Assembly: GCA_050613775.1 (NCBI GenBank)
Contig: JBODTK010000126.1
Span: 248,001-312,000, forward strand
Reading direction: 5' to 3'
Length of the DNA stretch: 64,000 nucleotides
Source of the DNA: Neocallimastix sp. 'constans'
Lineage: Eukaryota
Within the stretch, counting starts at the first letter, position 1; each line of letters begins with the position of its first letter. The notes under the pieces were generated by a model. The model searched no databases. It had not been told where the DNA came from and was given only the letters and a program-made list of their open reading frames with translations. A program made the position numbers and the translations under genes. Positions 14,830 to 26,753 of the stretch are shown here, piece by piece.

Positions 14830-15428
14830 TCTAGATGATCTCTTTTTGAAGTTTGCAATGATAATTGAACAAAAATCCTTGGATGTTTCTTTAGATTCAG
14901 AAAAGGATTATGATAATAATATTTATTATTATATATTGAGTGCACTTCTTGGTGGGCGTTCAATATATTCAAAAATTAAAGTTAATGATGGGGAACAAAG
15001 ACAATTAGTTGACAATATTTTTAAACAAAGTTCAACTTCGTCAACAGTTCCGTATTTTGTGGGGATTGCGGAGTTTCTAACAAACGTAATACCATTAATT
15101 TGTCGATCTTTTAGTTTGATGATGAAATGGTATTCCGTTGAATCTACCGTTACCAAGAGCGTCGACGTCGAAATGATAAGGCATGGATTTTCACCTCCAG
15201 ATACAGATTCAGATTCGATTGATAACACTAATACAGAAATTATTACTCGCAATAATGGACGTGGTGTTATTATCGAGGAATGGGAAAAGTTAGAGGCTAT
15301 TGCTTCTAACGCACTTTTATAATTTTATAATATATAATATTTTATTTCATGTATTTTATTTGTTATTTTTTCATTTAATTTCATGTAATTTTATTATTAT
15401 TATAAATTAAATAAAGTTTTCTCTAAGT

Positions 15429-15468
<40 letters not shown>

Positions 15469-15967
15469 ATATATTGAGTGCTCTTCTTGGTGGGCGTTCA
15501 ATATATTCAAAAATTAAAGTTAATGATGGGGAACAAAGACAATTAGTTGACAATATTTTTAAACAAAGTTCAACTTCGTCAACTGTTCCGTATTTTGTGG
15601 GGATTACGGAGTTTCTAACAAACGTAATACCATTAATTTGTCGATCTTTTTAGTTTGATGATGAAATGATATTCCGTTGAATCTACCGTTACCAAGAGCG
15701 TCGACATCGAAATGATAAGGCATGGATTTTCACCTCCAGATACAGATTCAGATTCGATTGATAACACTAATACAGAAATTATTACTCGCAATAATGGACG
15801 TGGTGTTATTATCGAGGAATGGGAAAAGTTAGAGGCTATTGCTTCTAACGCACTTTTATAATTTTATAATATATAATATTTTATTTCATGTATTTTATTT
15901 GTTATTTTTTCATTTAATTTCATGTAATTTTATTATTATTATAAATTAAATAAAGTTTTCTCTAAGT

Positions 15968-16006
<39 letters not shown>

Positions 16007-16548
16007 ATATATTGAGTGCTCTTCTTGGTGGGCGTTCAATATATTCAAAAATTAAAGTTAATGATGGGGAACAAAGACAATTAGTTGACAATATTTTTAA
16101 ATAAAGTTCAACTTCGTCAACTGTTCCGTATTTTGTGGGGATTACGGAGTTTCTAACAAACGTAATACCATTAATTTGTCGATCTTTTTAGTTTGATGAT
16201 GAAATGATATTCCGTTGAATCTACCGTTACCAAGAGCGTCGACATCGAAATGATAAGGCATGGATTTTCACCTCCAGATACAGATTCAGATTCGATTGAT
16301 AACACTAATACAGAAATTATTACTCGCAATAATGGACGTGGTGTTATTATCGAGGAATGGGAAAAGTTAGAGGCTATTGCTTCTAACGCACTTTTATAAT
16401 TTTATAATATATAATATTTTATTTCATGTATTTTATTTGTTATTTTTTCATTTAATTTCATGTAATTTTATTATTATTATAAATTAAATAAAGTTATTCT
16501 CTTAGTCTAAAAAAAAAAAAAAAAAAAGAAAAAAAGAAAAAAAAAAAA
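14825..16548 (+). mobile_element. Three head-to-tail 5'-truncated LINE 3' ends (family A), each ending in poly(A)
   Basis: Copies at 14825-15466, 15467-16004 and 16005-16548; homologous positions recur with a 538-bp period. They encode LLGGRS...VPYFVGIAEFLTNVIP...TKSVDVEMIRH. A longer copy of the same family lies at 53046-53818. Confidence 0.9.
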
Positions 16549-16824
16549 TTGAAGGCTCCACTTCGTCATGTTTTTTTCTCGGGCTAATAAAAATAAAATA
16601 TCTTTTGGTATCAATAAAAGGGCTACAATGGCTATTAAACCTTTAAATTATGTTTCATATCCTTGTTATGAAGAACCTACATTTTCATTTCACCTTGGTA
16701 TGTATTCTATCCCTAAAAGAATCTATGCATATTAACTTAGGTATCCCCTTCAGTAATGATCTTTCCCCTTGAGCCTATTATCCTTATGGGGTGTTAGATG
16801 ATCATTAAGAAACATTTACATTAT

Positions 16825-16864
<40 letters not shown>

Positions 16865-16879
16865 AAAAAAAAAAAAAAA
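16549..16879 (+). mobile_element. LINE ORF2 fragment (region just downstream of the RT core) followed by an A tract
   Basis: Translates with frameshifts to ISFGINKRATMAIKP...LGIPFSNDL, matching the post-RT segment also seen at about 36240-36330 on the minus strand. Confidence 0.6.
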
Positions 16880-17205
16880 CATAAAGACTTAAGAGATAAA
16901 GCGAAAACTGATTTTTCTAATTGGCTCAAAAATCACTAGAATAATTCTTTTATCATTTGTTGATGGTTTTAACATGACTAAACATCAACTTAAAGATCTT
17001 ATTCTTAGGATTTCTCCTCAATGGGTTTGTTATGAATATGGTTGGTCATCCTTTTAATTGACCTCTTGGTGGGAAGAATTCTTATATTAACTTTATAGTA
17101 GCTTAACAATAAATTAAAGGATTATCTGAATATTGCTTCTGTATATTCTGTATGCAACTCTTCTAATGATATCTCTGACCTTTTTACCACTTATTCTTTC
17201 TTGCG

Positions 17206-17246
<41 letters not shown>

Positions 17247-19511
17247 ATTTCCTGATGGTTTTTACTATGTCACCTTCTAGTAAGAAAATTAAATGGTCTA
17301 GTTCATTTTATAAAGATAAATATAAAGCAAATTTCTTTCATAATGAATTCGCATGTTTATTAAATGAATTTGAGGATAATGATAATCTAGATCTTTATGC
17401 GTAATGGTAAAGAAAACTTCTTGTTTCATACAGATGAAGTAGGTGATGAAATTCAAGAAAGAATTCCTAAAGATCTACAGAGTATCAGTATTCCATTGCT
17501 CTACTGACTGCATACATTAAGAAATTATCTCATGAAAAGTATTTATTTTATATAAAAGGATAAAAGATTTTTAAACTTTGAAGTGATTTTATCTAATCTT
17601 TAAGCATTCTGTGATTTCTCAAAAGAATACAGAAGTTCTTTCTGATTATATCATTAGTATTAAGAGAAATATTAAAATAATTAGATTTAAAAAATTTTTG
17701 ATTTATTCCATCGGCAAATGTTTCTTAAAAAAAAAAAAAAAAAAAAAAAAGAAAAAAGACGCTCAACGTGGTTGGTCTGAATTAAAAAAAAAATCACTAA
17801 GCCTTCTTTCTCTCCTTCTCAATCAACTGTGAGCATTAATTAAAAATAAAGCAATTAACGTTTTATTATCTTAAGGAAAGCAAACTCAACCATTTTGAAG
17901 AACACAATGAAGAACTTGTTTCTGATATAACCGGCCATAGTCTTAAATGAAAATTATTAGAAAGGAATACTTAACAATTCAATTACCTAAGGAATCATGT
18001 GATATTAATCGACTAATTTCAATGTCAGAAATTCCTTCCACCGTTCTTTCAATGAAAAATAACAAAGATATTTGGCCCTGATGGTATACCAACAGTAATT
18101 TTTTTTTTCTAAAGCAATGGTCATCTCTCTGAGAGTAGCACTGCTTTTTTTTCAGAATGATCCTATATCAAGAAATTATTTATTTTTAATTGTACAAAAA
18201 TGTCTATTTTTTATTATTTAATGAAATTTGGGATGGTGACTACCCTGATGAATGAAATTCTGTTTCGATTGTTTTCCATTTCTAAGAAAAGGGGGGGATC
18301 TTTCAGATTGAAATAATTACGGTGATATTTTCACTCATCAAAATGTAGGATTAAAGATTCTGTCAAAGAAATTGTTAAATTAAAATAATTTTGGACTATA
18401 CTTTTTCTCATGGAATGATTAAACCAGAATAGTTTAATTTTAGAAAAAAAAAAAAAAAAAAAACCAAACTATATAAGTTTATTTTTCTCCATTTGTGATA
18501 TAAGCCATATGATCAATTTACCTTTCTTGTTTTTTTCTTGACCTTAAAAAAGCTTATGATTCAATTTCTATTTATATAATATACATAAAAAAAATTTAAT
18601 AATATTGATATTTGTGGTAAGTGCCTTCAGTTTATTATTCATCAATACCTTTCAAGCAAGAATTAATGATCAACTTTTAAAAGAATTTCCAATTCATTAT
18701 GATGTTTGCCAAGGGTGTCCCTTTTCATCTAGTTTATTTAATACATTTATCAATAACACATTTGATAAATGCAAGAGATATTGTGTGATAACTGAAAGAA
18801 AAAAAGTGTTGTAGTGGCCTGCTTGTTGATAATAATTGTTTTGTTGGTCCTTATATAATCCTCTCTTAAAAACCTTTCAATGAATTATTGGATCTAGAGT
18901 CAATTATTGCTAAGATGAACAGTAAAATAAATTAAACGGTTAACTCTTTCTTTATATTTTTTAATTAATAGGAACATACCTTTCTTTTTCAATACTCATA
19001 TTCTAGTTTCCTTTGGTCATTTAGTTCTTTTTATTTATGCACCTTTACAAGGATCTAAATATATATATATATATAAAAGAACACTGAAAAAGCTCAAACT
19101 GCTTTTTAATTGAAGGTTTGTTTTTGAGTTATAGGTTTAAAGAATACCACTATTATTTATAATATGTCTGTGAAACTATTTGTACCTCCTATAATTAGTT
19201 TTTGTGTTAAGGCGATGTTTCAATATTTTTAAAAAGTAGAATGAATCCTTTTGTATTATTTCTCATTTAGCTGAAGATTATACCAACATTTACATATTAT
19301 TAAAGAACAAAAAAAGAAAAAGCATATAGATTAACAATATCAAAATACAATAATAAACTTCTTGGAGAAATACAGGAAGTTTTACTTGGATAAAAAAAAT
19401 GTTTATTATTCAAGAACCACTGTGATAAGATCAATTAATATACAAAAAATTTAAATTTGGTTTTGAAAAATGTATTCAATATCTGTCACTAAAATATTCA
19501 CAATTTTCTCA

Positions 19512-19552
<41 letters not shown>

Positions 19553-19958
19553 GATTAGACGAATTAAATATGAATTCAAATTTGATGAGAAACCTTATGT
19601 TAAAAAAACAAACTGGTATCAGAAGATTACCCAACTCGACATGACATGTTGCCCTTGCTAAATAACAATATATCTAGTTTTACACACCAGATACTTTTTA
19701 TATTCTAAATTTAACGAATTTAGGCAAAAATTTATATAATTTGTTGATGAAAATTTTTATCAATTTTATTATGATTATTCATAAGAAATCATTGAAGATT
19801 CATGATGAAAAAAAGAGGAAGATTTTAAATTATATTAATATTTATTTTTACGTATTACTTCTTGACCGGAAATTCAGTATAAGAAATCTTAAAGATCGGT
19901 TCTAGGGGAAAGAACGAGTTTTATTAATAATATCTTTCAATTACTTTTGAGAGAGTCT

Positions 19959-20007
<49 letters not shown>

Positions 20008-20413
20008 GATTAGACGAATTAAATATGAATTCAAATTTGATGAGAAACCTTATGTTAAAAAAACAAACTGGTATCAGAAGATTACCCAACTCGACATGAC
20101 ATGTTGCCCTTGCTAAATAACAATATATCTAGTTTTACACACCAGATACTTTTTATATTCTAAATTTAACGAATTTAGGCAAAAATTTATATAATTTGTT
20201 GATGAAAATTTTTATCAATTTTATTATGATTATTCATAAGAAATCATTGAAGATTCATGATGAAAAAAAGAGGAAGATTTTAAATTATATTAATATTTAT
20301 TTTTACGTATTACTTCTTGACCGGAAATTCAGTATAAGAAATCTTAAAGATCGGTTCTAGGGGAAAGAACGAGTTTTATTAATAATATCTTTCAATTACT
20401 TTTGAGAGAGTCT

Positions 20414-20456
<43 letters not shown>

Positions 20457-20895
20457 CAGATTTCATATGCTGTGGGATTTACGGAATTCCGTACTATTGT
20501 TATACCTATTGTGATTAGATTACTGATTTTTTTTACACTAATGATTTGATTTATATACCATTAGGCCTACCGTTGTCATAAGAGTGTCGACGTCGAAACG
20601 ATAAGATAAAGAAGAAAGTTTAATACTCTGATACAGATTCAAAGGTTTGAATGATAATTTTTATCCACATAGAATTATTATTGATGAATAGGAAGAATTA
20701 AAGACCACTTCATTTTGGAAACTCTTAATGTAAATTTTTTAATATTAATACAAAAAAATTTCATGTATTTTATTTTCATGTATTTTTATTTTATTTTATT
20801 TTTTTTTTTTTTAATAAATATTATTAAATAAAATTTATTTCTAACCTTTAAAAAAAAAAAAAAAATAAAAATATAAAAAAAAAAAAAAAAAAAAA
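16880..20895 (+). mobile_element. Heavily decayed, near-complete APE/RT non-LTR retrotransposon ORF2 with poly(A) tail
   Basis: Motifs occur in the expected order: GFN-like endonuclease remnant (~16965), MKNNK..GPDGIP (~18052), GDLSD.NNY (~18293), PE*F.FR (~18424), FLDLKKAYDS (~18535), QGCPFSSSLFN (~18710), GLLVDN for FADD (~18816), CC-PC zinc remnant, VGFTEF..IVIPI (~20473), KSVDVETIR (20580), then CATGTA/AATAAA tail and A tract. Confidence 0.85.
19516..20456. repeat. Apparently identical 409-bp tandem duplication bounded by three poly(T) tracts
   Basis: Copies at 19552-19960 and 20007-20415; T tracts at 19516-19551, 19961-20006 and 20416-20456. Confidence 0.95.
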
Positions 20896-21217
20896 CCGTT
20901 CCCAGTTCAAAATAGAAAACTTTCAAGAAAATTTTATTTTCTCCATTTCAAATATTTTGTTTGGTCTTACGAAATACTTTAAAACTTAATGCTATGTCAG
21001 TTCCTGATCAGTAATATGATTTATATATATATATATATATTATTTTTTATTATGATAATATGATAAATTTGTTTACCATTGGGACCTATTGTTATAAAGA
21101 AAGAGCGTTGATATTGACACAGTTAGGTAAAGAAGAAATTCTTTTTTACAAATTCAAATGATAAATAATAATAATAATTAATTTAAAAGGAGTTATCATC
21201 ATATGAATAGGAAGAGT

Positions 21218-21219
<2 letters not shown>
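20896..21219 (+). mobile_element. Degenerate LINE 3'-end fragment
   Basis: Starts right after an A tract and contains TATTTTGTTTGGTCTTACGAAAT and AAGAGCGTTGATATTGACACAGTTAGG (KSVDIDTVR), homologous to the other LINE C-termini. Confidence 0.55.
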
Positions 21220-21262
<43 letters not shown>

Positions 21263-22682
21263 ATTTTTATTAAAAATCTCATATGACTTATCATTTCATA
21301 AATTAAATAATAGCCGTCACAGTTCCTTGAGAAAACTATTATAAATGAAATAAATGGTCATTCTATTAAAAATTTTTAATATTTTTATTTTGAAGGAAAG
21401 TGTGAAATAATTTTGGCAAAAAAATAATAATTGTGTAAATAACTAATAATTTATATTATATTTTAAATTGTAAGAAATAATATAATAATAATGTTTTTTA
21501 TTTTTTTTCTTTAATTAAAATAATAATTATTTAGTATATAAATGTATGTTTAAGAAAAAATATTTTTAATGCCTACGACCATTAATAAATAAATAAAATA
21601 AAGTTTAGTGAAGAAGAAAAAAGTATATTACAAAAAAGCAAAAAAAAAAAAAAAAAAAAAAAAAATAAGAAAAATAGAATAAAAAAATAAAATAAAAAAA
21701 TAGAATAAAAAAATAAAATAAAAAAATAAAAATAAAAAATGAAAATAAAAAATAAAAATATAAAAAATAAAAATAAAAAAAAAAATAAAAATAAAAATAA
21801 AAAAAAAATAAAAGAAAATAAAAAATGAAAAAATAAAAATAAAAAAGTAAAAATAAAAAAATAAAAAAAGATTGTTATTATATTATAGTATTGTATATTA
21901 TAGTATTGTACGAATTGAGCTGGTATCGTTGAGATTTTCCATATATTGCAACACTTGTTCACATATTGGCCATATATACAATATATGTACTATTTTAACA
22001 TATTTATATTATATATATCAAAATACCCTCATATTTTACATTTTAAGCTTATTTATACATAGAGAAAAATAAAACACATACACATAAAAAAAAAAAAAAT
22101 ATTGATAATATATTAAATGATAATAGTGATAAAAGAAAAAAAATTTTTCAGAATAAATTTATTTTATTTAAAAGTTAGATATTCTTTTATCTTTTATCTT
22201 TTTTATTTTATTTTACTTTATATTTTTTTATTTATCTTTGCTATAATTTTTTTTTTTTTTTTTTTTTTTAAAAAAAATAGGTTATATAAAATATTTAAAA
22301 AATGCAATACTATAAAAAATAATAATAATAAAAATAAACTTAAAAAACTTTTTTATATATTTATACTAAATAAAAATTTTAAATCATTTAATAATATTAT
22401 ATATAACAATTATATTTTATTATTAATTAATTGTTTTTATTTTATTTCTTTCTCTCTTTTCTTTTCTTTTGATTTTTTTTTTTTTCCTTTCTTTTTTCTT
22501 TTCTTTTCTTTTTCTTTTTTTGTTTTGATTTTTTTTATCCTTTCTTTAAATATGAATGTCGATTTTGTTTTCTTTCTTTTATTCTTTCTTGGTTCCTTTA
22601 AAAAAAATAAAATAATAATAATAAAAATAAAAATTAATTGATAAGAACTTATTTATTTAATTAAATAAAAAGTAAAAAACAA

Positions 22683-22713
<31 letters not shown>

Positions 22714-23080
22714 AAAATTAAAATAAAATAATAATAAAAAATATAAAAAATAAAATATAAAGATGAAAAAGTTCAGTAAAAAAAAAATATAATAATAATA
22801 ATAAATATGTTTTTTAAAGTTTATATATGTATATATAAACTTTTTGTATTTTAAATTTCTTAATATTTTCTATATATTGTATTTTGGTATAATTTTAAAT
22901 TATAAAGAAATATAAAAAAATATATAAATATTTTTCAAGGATAAGGAAGGAAAAAAAAATCTTTTAATATTTTTGTTATTATTATTTTATTACTTAATTA
23001 CAAATATAAAACATATATTAGGAATATTATTAAATGGTTAAATCTTAAAATCATCAAATATGGGGAAAAATCAAAATATT

Positions 23081-23117
<37 letters not shown>

Positions 23118-23638
23118 ATAAAAAGGGTTTTCTTTTATTATTAATATTTTAATATTAATATTAATATAATTATTTTTATTTTATTTTATTTTATTTTATT
23201 TTTATTTTAAATAAAAGAATTCTATAATAAAAAAATAATAAATAAATATATATATATAAGAGGAAACTTTAATAAAAAAAAAATAAGAAATAAAAATTAT
23301 ATATATATAATAATTTTTATTTTATTTTATTAATTGTTTCTCTTAACTGTAAATTAAAAACATAACCTGAGGGGAATTTGAATATATATATTTATTTTAT
23401 TATTATTATTATTATTTTTGTTTCATTGCTTCTTGAAAATAAAATAAAAATATAATATGATAATAAAAGATATATATATATATAAGAAAAAATATTAAAA
23501 GTGTTAATACTACTATTTATAAAAGATATATTTTAACTCAATGAAATATATATACATATGTATATATATATTATATAAAATAAAAATTTAAAATAATTTA
23601 AGATATAATTATGAATGAAAAAAGCGATATTATTTTTT

Positions 23639-23672
<34 letters not shown>

Positions 23673-23939
23673 ATACATGAATAATGAATGTCTTTTGTTT
23701 TATAATATATACTGATTAAATTTTTATAATGTTATATATTATGTAGTGCAATGAGTATATTGATTATTATGAGATTTTGGTAAAAATATAAAATATTTTA
23801 TAATAAATATATTATTACTAATTCTATATATTCATTTATATTGTTAATAATTATTGGTTTTATTAAATATTAATATTGGAATATTGATAAGCTTATAATT
23901 TTATTATATGTATATATAAATATTGATTATATATATAAT

Positions 23940-23972
<33 letters not shown>

Positions 23973-24551
23973 CAAACAAAATTATTTTGTTCAAAAAAAA
24001 AAAAAAAAATTATTAATATTATTAATCTATTAAAATTATTATTTTATTTAATTATTAAATATTAGAAATTTTATTCTTTAAAAAAAATTTTTTTTTTTGT
24101 TATTTGGTATTTAATTATTTAATTTAATTATTTAATTGTTCATTTTTTTTATTTTTATTTTATTTTATTTTATTTTATTTTTTTTTTTTTTTTTTTTTTT
24201 TTGGTTTTAGTTTTGATTTTGGTTTTGATTTAGATTTTGATATTGATGTTGATATTGATATTGATGTTGATATTGATATTGATTTTTTTTTTATTTTTAT
24301 TTTTATTATAATTATTTTTATTAATTCTTATTTCTCTTCTTCTTCTTATTATTATTTTAGAGTTAGCAACAACAACAATAATAATAATAATAATAATAAT
24401 TATAATTTAAAATAAAAATAATTATTATTGCGTATTTTTTTTTTTTTTTTTATCTAAATATTTGTAAGAGTATAATATTTCTAATATTCTATTTTTATTA
24501 TTTATTTATTTATTTATTTATTATTTTTAGTTTTATTTATTATTTATTTAT

Positions 24552-26753
24552 TTAAATCATTTTTCTAGAGATAGTCTCAACTTTAAGAATTTTACTATCA
24601 TTATATCTTCTTTCTACAAGCTTCCAATTTCCATTTTCATCAATTTCATAAGAGGTACAATATTTTACATGTTGTTTTTTTCTGTCATAAAATGAAGAAG
24701 TATTTGATATTGTAGATTTTGTATTTTGAGTCTTTGAAATATTATTATTAGGACTTGAAGGGGTTTTAACAAATGAAGAAGGACTTTCACTTTTTCTTGA
24801 TTGAATATATTGTGAATTTGTTTGATTTGTTGGTACAATTATAGATTTTGGAGGTGACTTATTAAGATTAATATCTAAATAATTATTCATTTCTATAATA
24901 AATTTCTTTTCACTGGTCATACTTTCAAATTCACTAGAATAATTGCTTGCATTACTACTTAATGAAGTACTGTCAGAGTATGTACTTTCTTTATCATCAA
25001 CGGAACTTACACTACTTAAGCTCTGATTTCTATTAATTTTATTTTCATGGTCCATTTCATTATATTCATCAGATCTTCTACTAAGATAATTTGGTTTGAA
25101 ACTAACAATACTTTTTCGATTACTCTTATTAGATGGCTGTGAAATCGAACTTGATGAATTACTACTTTTTTCCTTTGAATTATTTAATCTTTTAACTTCA
25201 AAACTGTGAATTTGTTCCTTTTGGTGCTTAATATAAAGATCTTTATTAATATATCTACTACTATTACTACCTTCTTCAATAAAACTATTTTCAAGAACTT
25301 TACTACTACAACAATATGAAAAATAATACTTCTTTTTCTTTTTCTTTGACATTTTGGTAGAAACCTTACGTTTTGGATTATCATTAGCAATAGAATTTTC
25401 AAATTCTGATTTCAAATAGTCAACATTTTCATTTTCTTCTGTTAAATCTATCAATGGCTTAGAATTTAATTTTTTACTTTTTTCGACAGAATTATTTGTT
25501 GTATTCATGGAACTTTTCTTATCGCCAGGAACAGAAATTGACAAGGTTGAAAGAGATGGTGTAGATAGCGGTTTGATTCTTCTTTCAGTAATATTTGCAA
25601 GAGGAATATCATCAGATGATTTGGAATCATTTACATTATTTTCTTTTGAGTGAATATTTCTAGTTGAATTGCGCATTTCCTTTTCAAATGGTAATGATAA
25701 ATAATCTTTAAAATTGAAAGAATCATTAATTTTAGTTTTTTCATAATTATTTTCCATTCGATTATAATGTTCTGTATTTGATTCACTTAACGGTGACGGT
25801 TTTGGTGAAGAAGAAACTCTTTTAGTAGTCTTATTGTAAAAATTGCTTTGTATTGGTTGTGAAGGTTGATGATTAGTTAAATAGGTCGGTCTTGTATTTT
25901 GATAACTCATTTTATTTTTTGAATATAATGATATATCATCATCTTCATTGATACTAAAATTGTCTTTTTCAACTTTTGTAATGGCACTTAAATGTTTTGT
26001 ATTTAAATCAAAATCAATATCTATAAAACTACTTTTAGTATTTCTCTTATTATTAGTATCATTTAAAGCCTTTAATATATTTTCATTTGGATTATATAAT
26101 TCTCTATCACCTTTTTTATTATTGAAAAGAAGTGCATTTTGAATAAATCTTAAATCAAGTCTTTCCCCATCATTTACAAATTTTTTTTCTTCGTTTTCAT
26201 TTTTATTATTAAATTTATATGATGTAGAAGTAGGCGAAAAAATTTCAGTATTGATGTTATATAAATTATTATATGTATATTTACTCTTTGGATCGATTTC
26301 TACTCTAAATTTTTTACTAAAATCTTTTTTAGCTGGTTCAGAAATCGGAAATAAATTATCTCTTTCTTCTTTTTTGATAGATATATTATCTCTAGTAAAC
26401 GATTTTCCATACTCTTCAAATTCATGGGCTAAATCAGATAAGTCATTATCAGTAACAACACTTTCAATAGAAGGAAGTAATGTATCATATTCGTGACTAT
26501 TTCTAAATAATGTTGTACTTTTGTCACTTAATTTATTTTCATCTTCAAAAAGATTATCATTTCTATTGTGTCTTGAATTTACATCTTCAAAATTAACATT
26601 CCTTTCAGGCGTAATAATTCTTAATTGATTACTACTTTCATTAGTAAGTGTTTCTAATGATTGAAAGGAATTTTCAATATTTAAATTTAGTGAAGTATTA
26701 AAAAATTGTCTATAATAAAAATCTTCTAACAAAGCTCCAGCAGTATCACCCAT
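24552..26753 (-). CDS. Hypothetical 733-aa Ser/Asn/Lys-rich, probably largely disordered protein
   Basis: Uninterrupted 2.2-kb ORF with GC content above the flanks, an AAAAATG start context and a basic KKKKKK patch. No domain recognised. Confidence 0.75.
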   Translation of the reverse strand: MGDTAGALLEDFYYRQFFNTSLNLNIENSFQSLETLTNESSNQLRIITPERNVNFEDVNSRHNRNDNLFEDENKLSDKSTTLFRNSHEYDTLLPSIESVVTDNDLSDLAHEFEEYGKSFTRDNISIKKEERDNLFPISEPAKKDFSKKFRVEIDPKSKYTYNNLYNINTEIFSPTSTSYKFNNKNENEEKKFVNDGERLDLRFIQNALLFNNKKGDRELYNPNENILKALNDTNNKRNTKSSFIDIDFDLNTKHLSAITKVEKDNFSINEDDDISLYSKNKMSYQNTRPTYLTNHQPSQPIQSNFYNKTTKRVSSSPKPSPLSESNTEHYNRMENNYEKTKINDSFNFKDYLSLPFEKEMRNSTRNIHSKENNVNDSKSSDDIPLANITERRIKPLSTPSLSTLSISVPGDKKSSMNTTNNSVEKSKKLNSKPLIDLTEENENVDYLKSEFENSIANDNPKRKVSTKMSKKKKKKYYFSYCCSSKVLENSFIEEGSNSSRYINKDLYIKHQKEQIHSFEVKRLNNSKEKSSNSSSSISQPSNKSNRKSIVSFKPNYLSRRSDEYNEMDHENKINRNQSLSSVSSVDDKESTYSDSTSLSSNASNYSSEFESMTSEKKFIIEMNNYLDINLNKSPPKSIIVPTNQTNSQYIQSRKSESPSSFVKTPSSPNNNISKTQNTKSTISNTSSFYDRKKQHVKYCTSYEIDENGNWKLVERRYNDSKILKVETISRKMI

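Noticed and set aside
14846..15322. 158-aa ORF (and 53248-53685, 60523-61170, 61303-62019) as host genes
   Set aside because: They are C-terminal pieces of LINE ORF2: multi-copy, 5'-truncated, mostly non-ATG starts and followed by poly(A).
14825..16548. CRISPR-like or satellite interpretation of the regular repeats
   Set aside because: The units are 538-bp LINE ends separated by poly(A), with no unique spacers and no cas genes; the context is eukaryotic.
21885..21975. GC-richer island as a possible ncRNA or exon
   Set aside because: No recognisable tRNA/snRNA structure or consistent splice frame could be established by eye.
21582..22641. Phe/Ile/Leu-rich ORFs that look like membrane proteins (also 13199-13456, 37897-38209, 55987-56235)
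   Set aside because: Translations of poly(T)/poly(A) and TAAA microsatellite DNA with no coding-like composition.
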